Shown piece by piece: positions 1 through 11,276 of a DNA stretch of 64,000 nt. The notes below the pieces were generated by a model. The model had not been told where the DNA came from. It saw only the letters and a list, made by a program, of their open reading frames with translations, and made no database searches. The stretch is taken from the IMG/VR virus record IMGVR_UViG_3300031627_000893. One strand, given 5' to 3'. The number at the start of each line of letters is the position of its first letter. Positions within the stretch are counted from its first letter, which is position 1. The DNA is from an uncultured virus (IMG/VR IMGVR_UViG_3300031627_000893). Its lineage: Duplodnaviria > Heunggongvirae > Uroviricota > Caudoviricetes. The position numbers and the translations under genes were made by a program.

Positions 1-2
1 GA

Positions 3-3000
3 AATCAAAGTAGCCGTAGAGAAATCGGCGGAAGAAGAATTTAAAGTTACAGAAACTCCGCTGTAGATTTGAGCTCCAGATGCATAGTTTAGTGTATTAA
101 CCCCCCCCGTTATTGACACTAGTGAAGCACCTCCGCTTTGGACAGGGTTGTTGAAAGTTATATTAGTGCCTGTCGATTGACTTATCAGTATTTGGTTTGC
201 GAGTGTACCCGCGTCTCCAGTTATGTATACCGTTCCCCCTGAAACTATTGTGGGATAATGAAAATTATTATTAACTACCGTATTTGACAACCCTGATTCA
301 ATTGTTTGGCTGAAACTATTGTTTACAGTAACCGCGCTAGAAGCATCTGTTATATGGAAATGAGATGTCCCCCCTGTTACTCCCACCGCGTCTATGCCAC
401 TAAAGTGACCTACGCTGTCTAGCAAACTCACACTTTGCGGGTTATGCATTGTGCTAGTGCCGCCCGTAATCTCGACCTTGTTTGCCCCGCTTATCGTAAT
501 CGTATTTCCTGACCCACTTATCTGATAGGTATTATTTTTCCCACTTAAATTAAACGTGGTTGTTGACGTATTGAATGAAACTACCGAATTGAATATTCCA
601 CTTATAGAGGAAGTGAATATGCTATTATCTCCTCCGGTAATACTAATCGTGGTTCCAGTAAAACGGTTCGTTCCACCCGTTATATACGCGTTGGTAATCC
701 CGCCATTTATCGTAGTGGTTGAATTCGATACTATAGCAGACCCATTGATGTTACTTATTGTCGAATTCGGAATATTATTCGTACCTCCAGAAATTGTAAC
801 CGTGGCTCCAGTAAAGTTGGCTGTTCCACCAGTGATCTGGACCAGCGGAATAGTTGAACTAAACGAATTAGTTCCTTGAGTCACGTATACTGGATCATTG
901 AAAGTTCCAGTGAACGAATTGTTTCCTGAGGTAAAGTTAGAGGACGTAATGCTTGATACGTTTAACGATCCAGCAGTTACAGTGCCACTTGTAATGTTTA
1001 TGGTCGTACCTGTTACGTTATTAACTCCTCCAGTGATATTAGCTGTTGTCGAGGTTACCGTATTAACTCCGCCAGATATTATGCCTCCGCTTAGCGTAAT
1101 AGTCGTGGAGGAAGAGAACGTGTTCGTCCCTCCAACCACAGAGATGTTGTCTCCCGTAATTGAGTAATTGCTCCCTCCCTCAACAGTACCTGATACATTA
1201 ATCCTAGCTGCGTTAAGAGTATTAGTTCCTCCGTTTACGACTACGCTATTTCCTGTTATCGACCCAGTATTATTTGTTATGGTCAGGTTCTCTAAGTCTC
1301 CTTGGAAATTAGAGACATTTGAATGTATCGTGTTTATTCCGCCAGATATCGTTACGCTACCCGCACCAGTGTTAGTCAGAGTATTCGTTCCTCCCGTTAT
1401 CACAATAGGAGCAGTTCCAGTATAAAACAGAGACCCGCTTATTAGCTTAACTAGATCTTGATCTCCATTAAGCGTAATATTTTGTGGGTTATTTATGGTG
1501 TCAGCCGTATTAAGAGTGACTGTAGTACCATCGTTTATAGTGTTTGTGCCTCCAGTTACCGTGAGCGTAGTAATGTTGCCAGTAACGCTATTAGTTCCGC
1601 TAGTAATACTAAACGTAGAGTTCGGGGCAGAAAGGTTTAAAGTATTAGTCGAGTTATCGGCAGTTATAGTCGAGCCACTGATAAATGCCGTGGAGTTGCT
1701 TACTGTACTCGTGCCTCCACTAATGTGAACTGTTCCTCCGCTTACCGAAAACGTTTCCCCTGTAGCGTAAACCGTGCTGCTGTTTATTACGTTTGACCCG
1801 TTAGTTACAGTTATACCGCTTACGCTATTTATCGTATTCGTACCGTTGTTAATAGCTACGGTATTATTGGCGTTGAACGTAAGCTCAGTAGAGGATGACG
1901 TAGTAACGTTTACCGTCGAGGAAGTAGCTGTAATGTTACCTGAAACATTTAAACCTGTTACGGACGCTCCAGATTCTATACTAATCGTGTTCGTCCCCTC
2001 TTCCACGGTGAAGCTGAATGGAGAGCTTCCATAATTCCTTATGGTCGCGGAGCCTCCAGAGGTGTTGTTAAGCGTTACGGAAGTCGGATTGTTCACCGTT
2101 CCGTTTTGATATTCGGTTATGTTTACCGTACCGCCCGAAATAGAAGCTGTTCCTGTAAAGTTTACAGTTGACGATGTGATTTGCTGTACCGTGCCTGTGA
2201 CTATGTTCGTTGTGCCACCCTCTATAGTGAATGAATTCCCAGTTATGTGAGATGTACCACTGTATATGGAATTTATTCCACTAGTTATATACTGGTTGCC
2301 GCCAGTAATTGTATTTACGCTGTTATTTAAATTTAAGCTGCTATTCGGAGCGTTAATGTTATTGTAATTAACTCCGCTAAAGTTGAACGTTGCGTTCGTT
2401 CCCGTAATGGTGTTTGTCCCTCCGCTGAACGTAAAGAATCCCCCGCCAGTTGCGGTAATCGTATTGGTGGAATCATGTATAGTATTAACTCCGCCCAATA
2501 TCGTGCCAGATGTTAGTGCTGATATGGTGGTAGTGCCCTGATTAAAATATCCAGTATGGACAGTTGTGATCTGACTCGAAGTTCCTTGATGTATGTGAGC
2601 GTTCTGAACGTTCGTAAAAGTGCCTGATGAAATTCCGGTAACAGACATGCTACTCACGGACCCAGCTACATCAACGGTTCCTCCAGTTATGAAAATATTA
2701 GAAGAAGTAGAATCTATAGTTACAGTTTCGGTTCCGGTTATATTATACGTAGCAGTACCTCCGCTTTGCGTAATCGACCCCGAGTCCCCTATTGATATAG
2801 TTGAAACTCCCCCATTTATACTCGCAATCGTGCCACATGTGACCGTATTGGTTCCACTAGTGATAGTAACTGTTCCACTGTTAATGGTGTTTGCAGCGGA
2901 AGTGGTTATCTCAACAGTGGAGTTGTTAATCGTATTTGTGCCAGATATTAATGCTATAGTGCCAGTAGAAGTATTAAATGTTCCATTTGTTAAAACCTCT

Positions 3001-6000
3001 ATATCGAAATCAGAATTATAGGCTTGTATGATTCCTCCCGTAATATTTACGTCCGAATCATGGATAGATAAATTTTCCCCACTGATATAGGAGACGCCGC
3101 TAATAACTTGAAAGCCTGTACCGTAATTGTATATCTCAGCTACAGAGTTTATTGCGGTTCCGCTTACTAGGTGAAGTAAAGTTCGGGCATCGTTTCCAGA
3201 TGTGAATACATTAGTCACCCCGTTTATGTTCACCCTATCGTTTTCATAAACGTCATTAGTAGATGACGAAATAGCTACGTCACTACCGGATATACGCACA
3301 AATGAATTATCAACTGAAGTAGTCCCCCCTGTTATGCCTACTGTTCCAGTATTAACAGTGTTCACGCCTCCTGTTATATATATCGGGGAACCAGCAGTAC
3401 CACTTGCACTATTATCTATAGTGTTTATGCCGCCTGTGATTTGAGTTAATCCGCCAAGCTGATTGTTGTAAGTATTAACTCCTCCTGTAATGTATATCTG
3501 TATTCCTGTTAGATTATTATTTCCTCCGTAAATGTAGTTGTTAGCACCCGTATCTATTAAGACCAGACCCGTATTTAATATCGTGTTTACGGACGTACCA
3601 GAAATCTGAACTAAACCAGTCCAGTTGGAGGTAAAGAAGTTATGCGAATCTTGGATTCCTACGCTCGGATTCTCACCCGTTACATGAACTGAGTTCGTGC
3701 TATCGTAAATATTTATATTCGTGTTATCTCCGCCTGTGATATAAACGACACCAGTATGGATGTAGTTATTACCTCCTGTTATTTTAATTTCTATATGCCC
3801 ACTGTTATCTCTAACGACTGTATTCCCATAATATATCTCTACTAAATTTCCATTAGTGGTATTTATAAAATTCCTACCCGCCTGAACCGTAACCCCTGTG
3901 CTATTTATTGTATTGACCCCGTGATGAACCGTGCTCGGGGAGTTTATTAAGTTGTGTCCGCTCTGAACGTAAATTAAGTTTCCACTTCCGTGGTGAATGG
4001 AAACTCCGGTATGTCCGGTGGGAATATAGATTGTAGAATTAGAAGCAACTACTTCAAGGTTCGACGGGTTGCTCTGGTTTAAAAACGTAGAGTTGGTATT
4101 CGTTAGAGAGACATTAACGTCTTGGCCTGTTATATACTGTACCCCTGTATATATATTCACCGTTTGGGGAGCGAGTCCAGAAGAGTAGTAATTACCACTG
4201 TATACGTTCACTACACCCGCCTGTGAGGAGGTAATGTTTCCAGAGTTATTTATATACCCGTAATACGCAGTTAACGCGCCGTAAGAATTAAGGATTCCTG
4301 AGTTGTATGCCGTTGTGTCTCCAGTTACATCGACATCTGCACCTTGATTTAGTACCAAGTAATTCGTGGAATTTATCAGCGTATAATTTGTCCCTGTGGC
4401 GTTGTTGACCACTGAGCCAGATATAGTAATATTGTGACCCGATACCACTACATCGCTGTTATAGATTTTAGGGTCAGCTACATGTGATACATCTATTGTG
4501 CCGCTTGATAAGGTAACATAGATATTAGAATGGCTTCCCGAATCAAACCCTGTCGCATAGAATGTCTGAGCAGTAACTCCGCTTATTACGTTTGCGGACA
4601 CGTACATGTTATCTCCGGTTAAACTAACTGTTCCACCGCTGGTATGTACTGATTGAGCTCCAGTTATATATATGTTCTGGAGATTCGAATAATCGTTTCC
4701 TGTTATTACCCCAGAACCATGTACCTCTGGCTTAATCTCGTTAGTTATATATACCACCGAAGGTGATGTTATTGTTACTTCTCCACTATTAGTAAAGTTA
4801 GCAGAAGATCCGCTCCTAAAGATAAAGTCCGTTCCGGTTATTACGTTCGTTCCACCGAGGATATCTATAGTACTGTTGTATATATTGTTAGTACCAGAGC
4901 CGAATATATCCGTATAGCCAGTCGTTATGGTCAGATTACCAACGCCTCCAGCAGCAACAGTTACAACATTCGTACTGTAAGACAAATCTGCTCCGGTTAT
5001 GGAAGTGGCATTTATAGTGTTTAGTCCACCCGAAATCGTAGAAGGAGCACCAGTGAAAGTATTAATACCTCCTACAATATTCGTAGTCTCACTATTGATC
5101 TCATTGCTACGAGCGTTTATTACGTTTATTACGTTGCCGCTTCCTATCACAGACGAGCTAACTGATGATATGTTGGCGGTTGCCCCAGCGTAAACATTAA
5201 CTCCGCTCATGGAGCCCGTTATGGTAGCTACTCCTCCATGTAAATTTATGTTTTCTCCAGAAGTAGTAGAAGTCCCGCCATAAACATTAACTGCGCTGGT
5301 CGAGTCTATGTTAATGTCTACCCCAACAATGCCACCTACATGACTTCCACTAACTCCCGTTGCGACAGCTATTAAGCTTCCCGAAGTAAAAGTTACTGAA
5401 CCATTTCCAGTTATGTTTACGGTATGCGCTCCAGAAACCGACACTTCACTGGCGGAGAGATTTATATTCGTGCCGCTTATGTAATTCGGACCTCCTGTAA
5501 TACTTATTGTACCGCCAGAAAAGTTGTATTTGTTTCCAGTCCCAATAATAGTCAGAGCACCAGAGAAAATATTGCTCAGGTAATTAGTGCCTCCCGAAAT
5601 AGTAACGTTTTCGCCCGAAACCCAGTTGGTACTGTTCGATATCGTAACGTTTGTGCCTGTTACTGGGGCATAAAGATTTGTAGCATGTGTGTTGTCTATC
5701 GTTATTTCGCAACCGCTCTGAATATGAATCGCATGAGGCTCAAGCCCAGAATTCGTGTTGTAGATATGAGATGAACCAGAATATATATTAACGGTATCGA
5801 TGCCGCTTATATTAGTTATTCCACTATATATATTTACATTTCCAGTCCAGACTCCCCCTGTTTTATTAAGGATATCTATGTAAGTAGTCCCTGATCCGTA
5901 ATTCAAAAGGTTGATCTCTACACCCGTCATGAAGTTGTACGCACCAGTGGAGTATACTGTCCAATAAGCATTGGTGACCGCAGTATTGTATGCGCTCACA

Positions 6001-9000
6001 TACATTCCGGTTAGAGTATGAATGGATGACCTATCGATTTCTATCATCCCACCAGAAATCAAATCGATTCCAGTCGCATTAATAACACCAGAGTTATATA
6101 TATGGGTAAATCCGTTTCCACCTACGGTAATTGCAGCGTTCCTTGGCACTTCTAATTTTACGTTACCGCTCTGCAAATTAAAATTGGTTGCGGTTACAGA
6201 CCCGCTATTACCATGATAATTAAGATTGCCTACTCCGTGAGCGGTGAGTGTCCCATCCGTTTGGTAAATCCTGCCTCCAGTAATCGACACTAAGCCTCCA
6301 GATTGGTTAGTAACATGAGTTACGACTTGCTGATTTCTTTTGTCTTGTATCGTTACATAGCCGTTATTGCTATTGTATACATTAATATCTTCGCCGCTCT
6401 GATAGACGTGAGCATTTCCGCCCGTGCCGACCGAAACATCAACGTCGCTAGATGAGATATTAGCGGTTAGCCCTGTCTGATATATTTTAACCCCTGTAGA
6501 GAGAGAAAGGTTTACAACTTCAGCATTGTATACAGTAGTGTTAGATGTACCCCCTTCAGCGTAAGAATCCGTTGTTATGGGGACAGTGATCGTATTCGTT
6601 CCGCCAGAAATCGTGATGAGTTGAGACGCAGAAGTGGCTAATGGAATAGTAAAAAAACCAGAATGCGTATTTACAAATATGTCACCACTAGTCGTTTCTA
6701 GACCGACTAAGTCAATAACATTGCCAGTGATCTTAACGTCTGACCCAAATAAATTAAATGTAGAGCTATCAGAACTTGACGCTACACTGTTATTACTTCC
6801 GGTTATGTTGATAGTAGCGTTTGTTCCGGGAACAATAGTATGCGGTCCGCCTTCCATGTGGATTTGAGCACTGTTTCCAACTCCAACGTTAGAAACACTA
6901 CCGCCACTAACGATAGTAAGGTTCGTCGCAGATACAGTCGAGTTACCGCCTATGTCCCCATATATGTATATTCCCGTACCCGTAATTCCCGGAGAAGTGA
7001 CATTGGTTAAAGAGTTAACTCCTCCATGGATTAAGGTATCGTTGCTGGTGGAACCTCCCCCCATTGCGCGTAAGTCGAACGAATTCGTACCACCCGAAAC
7101 ATTGAGATGCGTACCTGTTCCGAAACTAAATGAACCACTAACAGGTCTCGTAATCGCTACGCTATCAGAATTCGAAATTGTAAATGACGTATTATTTGCG
7201 TCAGGAATACTAAGCGTTCCTGAAATCGCGTTTAAAGTCCCTGAGTTTACAATTGATATCGTGTTGCCTTGTTGAAAGGCGAGTGTATTTCCAGCGACAA
7301 CGTTTACAGTCGAGCTCCCAGAGGTAATATTAAATGTAGATGCGTCTATTCCAGAAACGATAACTGTGGAGTTATCTATATCGTAGTTATCCCCAGTAGT
7401 GTGTACGGTACTGCTGGTGATGGTTGTCGAGTCGCCAGTAAAGAATACTAAATTAGCATTGCTAATAGTATTCGTGCCCTGATTTAAATTTACATTTTTG
7501 GACTGTGTAAAAGTAAGGGTATTCGTGCCTCCAGCTATAGTTATGTCCCCAGAAGCAACTTCTCCTGTTATAAATAATGTGCCGCTATTAACAGTGATAT
7601 CATTCGTACCAGAAACCACAACGCTTCCGCCTAGGTTCTGAATATTAATTTCTCCGCTATTTCTATCTATGATGGCCCTGTTCTGATTATATATCGTCAG
7701 ATTTTCCGTTTTCTCGATAACAAACAAGTAACCGGATATTACAGCGTCCACCTTGCCGCCATGATAAGTATTAAAAAGCGTAGTCGAGCCAACCCCGTTG
7801 TTATGTAAGGTGATCGCCCCAGAAGTATTCGAATAGTTAATAGTACTCGTCCCACCGTTAACGATTAGTGAACCGGGACTGGATACGTTATTGATGTTAT
7901 TTACCGCTCCTACGCTTCCGCTTATATTGACTCCAGTACCGTAAACATTTACTACCTCAAAAGTATTTCCGGTAATGGATGCGCTATCTCCGCTTATTAC
8001 TGCTCTGGCATAACTATCGACTATTGACTGTATGTCTGTGCCGTTTATTTTTAGGGAACCCGTAATGTTTACGTCTTTATGCAGATTAAGCTGCTTTAGT
8101 ACGAAATCATTTTTGAAAATTTCTACTTCTGGGACTTCACCGTTATACAACGCTACAGACTCTACCCCTCCTTTGAAAAAGTTCTTACTAGTTTGGTTGT
8201 AGTAACGGGCCGCTATCGAAAGAGGCTGTTCTGAGTAAGAAATAGTTTTACCCGCGAAGTCGCTTCTACCGGATACAAACTTACCCCCTGTGTATACAAT
8301 GTGATTAGTCCCGTCCCATTTAGTGAATACATTGTGGTACTCGTTTGCTGATATGTTAGATGCTGCTACTTTCGATTCTGTCCCGTCCGTAAATCTAATG
8401 GTTGAAATAACCTTATTAGTACTAGTGTAAGTGTGCCCTATTGAAAGCTTTGTCGCGTTATAAGATTTACCAGCTATTACGTCAGCAGAGCCACTCCCAT
8501 TATAGTCTGGCCTAAAGTAAGTCCCTAAGCCAAACTTTTGTGGGTTAAGCCCTTCGGAATTATCTACGTTTATGAACTTATCTGCCGAAGCATCAAATCT
8601 GAATTCATTTGAGTAGAAAACGCTTTCTCCATTTGCTCCCGAGATGGAACCCTTATGGCCTTTATGTGTTAGGTCGTGCCAAAAGGTTCCACTTCTGGGG
8701 TACGAGTTTAAATTGGTAGCATCTAGATCTAATACTAGTCCAGTCTTTAAAATAGACTGTTTAAGATGATCTATTTTCGAAGCTATAGGAATTCCGCTCT
8801 CTAAGTAAGTCCCGCTTTCTGTTGAGAAGTCGCCTTGTTGAGTCGAAATGTGCCCAGTCCCTGCGGTTACGTGCCCTTCTACGTTTAAGTCCCCGCCCTC
8901 AAATATGTGAACGTCCCCGTATAAAAACGAGGGTCCTTCGACTAGTTGACCTGTCCCTCTAATCCTGAACTTGTTGCTAAGAGAGTCTTCGCCATATAAG

Positions 9001-9074
9001 CTACTTACACTAACTACGACATCTATTGGGGTAATCCCAACGTCTGGCACATAACCTGTGATAATAGTTGCCAT
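3..9074 (-). CDS. Giant tail fibre/adhesin-like protein (>3000 aa, 3' end outside window): partial IPT/TIG domain, LamG/concanavalin-like domain, then very long [TS]GG[TV]NT beta-solenoid repeats
   Basis: ATG at 9074 with GGGAG at 9082-9086. Hand translation gives MATIITGYVPDVG... and later GLVLDLDATNLNSYPRSGTFWHDL (LamG-like, ~8100-8750). The same frame is open at positions 3-60 (GVSVTLNSSSADFSTATLI). Its absence from the ORF track is consistent with no stop inside the window. Only the ends and sample stretches were translated by hand. Confidence 0.85.
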   Translation of the reverse strand, partial: MATIITGYVPDVGITPIDVVVSVSSLYGEDSLSNKFRIRGTGQLVEGPSFLYGDVHIFEGGDLNVEGHVTAGTGHISTQQGDFSTESGTYLESGIPIASKIDHLKQSILKTGLVLDLDATNLNSYPRSGTFWHDLTHKGHKGSISGANGESVFYSNEFRFDASADKFINVDNSEGLNPQKFGLGTYFRPDYNGSGSADVIAGKSYNATKLSIGHTYTSTNKVISTIRFTDGTESKVAASNISANEYHNVFTKWDGTNHIVYTGGKFVSGRSDFAGKTISYSEQPLSIAARYYNQTSKNFFKGGVESVALYNGEVPEVEIFKNDFVLKQLNLHKDVNITGSLKINGTDIQSIVDSYARAVISGDSASITGNTFEVVNVYGTGVNISGSVGAVNNINNVSSPGSLIVNGGTSTINYSNTSGAITLHNNGVGSTTLFNTYHGGKVDAVISGYLFVIEKTENLTIYNQNRAIIDRNSGEINIQNLGGSVVVSGTNDITVNSGTLFITGEVASGDITIAGGTNTLTFTQSKNVNLNQGTNTISNANLVFFTGDSTTITSSTVHTTGDNYDIDNSTVIVSGIDASTFNITSGSSTVNVVAGNTLAFQQGNTISIVNSGTLNAISGTLSIPDANNTSFTISNSDSVAITRPVSGSFSFGTGTHLNVSGGTNSFDLRAMGGGSTSNDTLIHGGVNSLTNVTSPGITGTGIYIYGDIGGNSTVSATNLTIVSGGSVSNVGVGNSAQIHMEGGPHTIVPGTNATINITGSNNSVASSSDSSTFNLFGSDVKITGNVIDLVGLETTSGDIFVNTHSGFFTIPLATSASQLITISGGTNTITVPITTDSYAEGGTSNTTVYNAEVVNLSLSTGVKIYQTGLTANISSSDVDVSVGTGGNAHVYQSGEDINVYNSNNGYVTIQDKRNQQVVTHVTNQSGGLVSITGGRIYQTDGTLTAHGVGNLNYHGNSGSVTATNFNLQSGNVKLEVPRNAAITVGGNGFTHIYNSGVINATGIDLISGGMIEIDRSSIHTLTGMYVSAYNTAVTNAYWTVYSTGAYNFMTGVEINLLNYGSGTTYIDILNKTGGVWTGNVNIYSGITNISGIDTVNIYSGSSHIYNTNSGLEPHAIHIQSGCEITIDNTHATNLYAPVTGTNVTISNSTNWVSGENVTISGGTNYLSNIFSGALTIIGTGNKYNFSGGTISITGGPNYISGTNINLSASEVSVSGAHTVNITGNGSVTFTSGSLIAVATGVSGSHVGGIVGVDINIDSTSAVNVYGGTSTTSGENINLHGGVATITGSMSGVNVYAGATANISSVSSSVIGSGNVINVINARSNEINSETTNIVGGINTFTGAPSTISGGLNTINATSITGADLSYSTNVVTVAAGGVGNLTITTGYTDIFGSGTNNIYNSTIDILGGTNVITGTDFIFRSGSSANFTNSGEVTITSPSVVYITNEIKPEVHGSGVITGNDYSNLQNIYITGAQSVHTSGGTVSLTGDNMYVSANVISGVTAQTFYATGFDSGSHSNIYVTLSSGTIDVSHVADPKIYNSDVVVSGHNITISGSVVNNATGTNYTLINSTNYLVLNQGADVDVTGDTTAYNSGILNSYGALTAYYGYINNSGNITSSQAGVVNVYSGNYYSSGLAPQTVNIYTGVQYITGQDVNVSLTNTNSTFLNQSNPSNLEVVASNSTIYIPTGHTGVSIHHGSGNLIYVQSGHNLINSPSTVHHGVNTINSTGVTVQAGRNFINTTNGNLVEIYYGNTVVRDNSGHIEIKITGGNNYIHTGVVYITGGDNTNINIYDSTNSVHVTGENPSVGIQDSHNFFTSNWTGLVQISGTSVNTILNTGLVLIDTGANNYIYGGNNNLTGIQIYITGGVNTYNNQLGGLTQITGGINTIDNSASGTAGSPIYITGGVNTVNTGTVGITGGTTSVDNSFVRISGSDVAISSSTNDVYENDRVNINGVTNVFTSGNDARTLLHLVSGTAINSVAEIYNYGTGFQVISGVSYISGENLSIHDSDVNITGGIIQAYNSDFDIEVLTNGTFNTSTGTIALISGTNTINNSTVEITTSAANTINSGTVTITSGTNTVTCGTIASINGGVSTISIGDSGSITQSGGTATYNITGTETVTIDSTSSNIFITGGTVDVAGSVSSMSVTGISSGTFTNVQNAHIHQGTSSQITTVHTGYFNQGTTTISALTSGTILGGVNTIHDSTNTITATGGGFFTFSGGTNTITGTNATFNFSGVNYNNINAPNSSLNLNNSVNTITGGNQYITSGINSIYSGTSHITGNSFTIEGGTTNIVTGTVQQITSSTVNFTGTASISGGTVNITEYQNGTVNNPTSVTLNNTSGGSATIRNYGSSPFSFTVEEGTNTISIESGASVTGLNVSGNITATSSTVNVTTSSSTELTFNANNTVAINNGTNTINSVSGITVTNGSNVINSSTVYATGETFSVSGGTVHISGGTSTVSNSTAFISGSTITADNSTNTLNLSAPNSTFSITSGTNSVTGNITTLTVTGGTNTINDGTTVTLNTADTINNPQNITLNGDQDLVKLISGSLFYTGTAPIVITGGTNTLTNTGAGSVTISGGINTIHSNVSNFQGDLENLTITNNTGSITGNSVVVNGGTNTLNAARINVSGTVEGGSNYSITGDNISVVGGTNTFSSSTTITLSGGIISGGVNTVTSTTANITGGVNNVTGTTINITSGTVTAGSLNVSSITSSNFTSGNNSFTGTFNDPVYVTQGTNSFSSTIPLVQITGGTANFTGATVTISGGTNNIPNSTISNINGSAIVSNSTTTINGGITNAYITGGTNRFTGTTISITGGDNSIFTSSISGIFNSVVSFNTSTTTFNLSGKNNTYQISGSGNTITISGANKVEITGGTSTMHNPQSVSLLDSVGHFSGIDAVGVTGGTSHFHITDASSAVTVNNSFSQTIESGLSNTVVNNNFHYPTIVSGGTVYITGDAGTLANQILISQSTGTNITFNNPVQSGGASLVSITGGVNTLNYASGAQIYSGVSVTLNSSSADFSTATLI

Positions 9075-11276
9075 TTATACACTCCCACTTACACCAAACA
9101 CTGCCTCGAAATCTCCGAACTTAATCGCATCTATGTATTCTATTCCTTCTCCTGAGATATAGAACATTTCTCCGGGGCGGCCAAAAGAGATACTGATCCC
9201 TTCAGGCTGCGGAAGACCTTCGTACTCAAAGTATTGTGTGGAGATTGCCTTTTGACCACCTCTTGATTCCGCGAGTATGTAGCCTGATGTGTTGAGTCCA
9301 GAAAAGAAGCTGGGTATCTCAAATGAAAAATGATCATTTCCAGAACTGGAAATAGTTGACTGAACTCCGCTGGGGGCAGTTAACCCACTAAACCTTACTC
9401 CAGTAACCGATATCAAATTCGTTCCGAATACGTTTACCTCTGCGCTAGTTCGTCCGAACGTAGGGTCTATCGACCCAATAGATGGGTTTGGTAAAACGAA
9501 ATTAAACGTTTCTGAATAGTTGAACAATCTACTAGCGTCCATCCTACCTGCACCAGTAAGCACACCAGTAACGAGAGTCCTTATAAATTCGGTCTCATCC
9601 GTAAACGTTAACATCGTATTATCGTAAGCTTGGATGTCGTCCTCGTAAGCTCTCGCATTTATTAGTCCTATTACTCCGGTCCCAACAAACGGATAATTAG
9701 ACCCTGTAGGTTGGCCTGTAATTACATTTTGCCCCAGAGTAAAATTTTGCGTTCCGGTAGGCGAGATTTGCCACGAAGTAAACTGGTTGTCTCCAGTCGC
9801 CACTATATGAGTAGAGAACAAACTATTAACGCCAGACGTTACTATCACGTCTAGGTCAAGGACTACATCGTTCGGGCTGCTTTGGTTTAAGGACCAAGCA
9901 TCTATAAGCTTCGGCTCGGAGGAAAATCTAGAAGGGACTATAGTGTCCATCGGCGTGTAGGTCAAATTCGGGCTCGTGGTCAAAACTATAACGCCGTCGA
10001 TAGCACCAGTAGGAACATTAAATATAATTCCGCTATCCCCTTGATGCTGAATGTTGTCCGCGCTAATCAATCCCACTTCTGAGTCTGGCGTGAAATTGCC
10101 TTGAAAGAAGACGTCTGGCTTGGCTAAATACTTGCCGGTCAGTAGCACACCATCACCCGCTTGTCCTCTTGTCGGGAAAATCCCAGAAGGCTGCGGCGGG
10201 TTCAAGATTTCAAAAGTGTCGCTAGATAAAGAGCATCCTCCTTGATTACAAATCCGTAGCTTACCATCTATTGCTCTTGTTGGAACGGTAAAAGTTATGG
10301 TGCTGGTGGAAGCCGTATACTCATACCCTCTATGAGAGACTCCTGTCTCTGTGTTCATGCTAACTCCGGTAATGGAACCGAACCTATAGCCAGATACGGT
10401 CATTTGCGATAAAGCAAAACCACTTAAAGGGGTAAATCCACTAATAACAGGAGGGAGAGGCGATACATAAAATGGGCTAGTGGACGTAGCGATTCCTCCT
10501 GTCGCAAATATAGAAATATAGTTCGCCTCAAATGATCCAGAAGGAATCGTGATCCTAACAGAATCGTGGTCTACCGCTACTGCGCTTCCAGATAAATTAC
10601 CTGCTATATTTGGCTTCTTACCAAAGTACACTCCGGTCACGTTTATAAACTGATTGCCCAATGCTGTGACATTACTTCCTTCGTACCCAGTAACAGCAGA
10701 AAGACCTGTTATCTGAGGAGCACCAATCATCTTGAATCCGTTAACAAGAACCCCCGAAGTGTCATCATTCTGTATCGCTATGTTGTAATCTACTGGGCCA
10801 GAGAGAAGTCCAGAAGCTTTTACCGGATTAGAAGAATACAAGCCTTGATAATTCGGCAGGGTAAATCTCCCTGCTGTAAATCCGGCATTAAACCCATTAG
10901 AAATAAAAGAAGCTTCTAGCGAATCTACAAATATTTTAGTACTGTCAGAAACCAGACCACTTCCTTCTAAAGTAACTACTTCGTTATAAGTACCACTTGT
11001 AGGAGTCGCTGAGCCTATTAAAGGCCCAAAGGAAGAATACAAAGCCTTGTCTCCTGTTACTGTTGGATAGTCCCCAGAGAAATGGACTAGCATATCATAA
11101 AACCCTATCGGAATCCCTGTCGGCAAATCAAAGTATACGTAGCCAATCCTAGTGGTAGTATTTTCGCTTTGAGAGACTATATTTAAGTCAATTATGGTAA
11201 CAGGATCTACTTCTCTTTGCACCTGAATACCAGATACATTGATCATCCCGACTCCCTGTATGTAACTCCTAGCCAT
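9075..11276 (-). CDS. IPT/TIG (Ig-like) repeat virion protein
   Basis: Repeats such as PQITGLSAVTGYEGSNVTALGNQFINVTGVYFG, PVISGFTPLSG...VSGYRF and PSIGSIDPTFG...VFGTNL. Confidence 0.8.
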   Translation of the reverse strand: MARSYIQGVGMINVSGIQVQREVDPVTIIDLNIVSQSENTTTRIGYVYFDLPTGIPIGFYDMLVHFSGDYPTVTGDKALYSSFGPLIGSATPTSGTYNEVVTLEGSGLVSDSTKIFVDSLEASFISNGFNAGFTAGRFTLPNYQGLYSSNPVKASGLLSGPVDYNIAIQNDDTSGVLVNGFKMIGAPQITGLSAVTGYEGSNVTALGNQFINVTGVYFGKKPNIAGNLSGSAVAVDHDSVRITIPSGSFEANYISIFATGGIATSTSPFYVSPLPPVISGFTPLSGFALSQMTVSGYRFGSITGVSMNTETGVSHRGYEYTASTSTITFTVPTRAIDGKLRICNQGGCSLSSDTFEILNPPQPSGIFPTRGQAGDGVLLTGKYLAKPDVFFQGNFTPDSEVGLISADNIQHQGDSGIIFNVPTGAIDGVIVLTTSPNLTYTPMDTIVPSRFSSEPKLIDAWSLNQSSPNDVVLDLDVIVTSGVNSLFSTHIVATGDNQFTSWQISPTGTQNFTLGQNVITGQPTGSNYPFVGTGVIGLINARAYEDDIQAYDNTMLTFTDETEFIRTLVTGVLTGAGRMDASRLFNYSETFNFVLPNPSIGSIDPTFGRTSAEVNVFGTNLISVTGVRFSGLTAPSGVQSTISSSGNDHFSFEIPSFFSGLNTSGYILAESRGGQKAISTQYFEYEGLPQPEGISISFGRPGEMFYISGEGIEYIDAIKFGDFEAVFGVSGSV

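Noticed and set aside
556..7451. Many short plus-strand Val/Pro-rich ORFs
   Set aside because: They are antisense shadows of the repetitive giant minus-strand gene.
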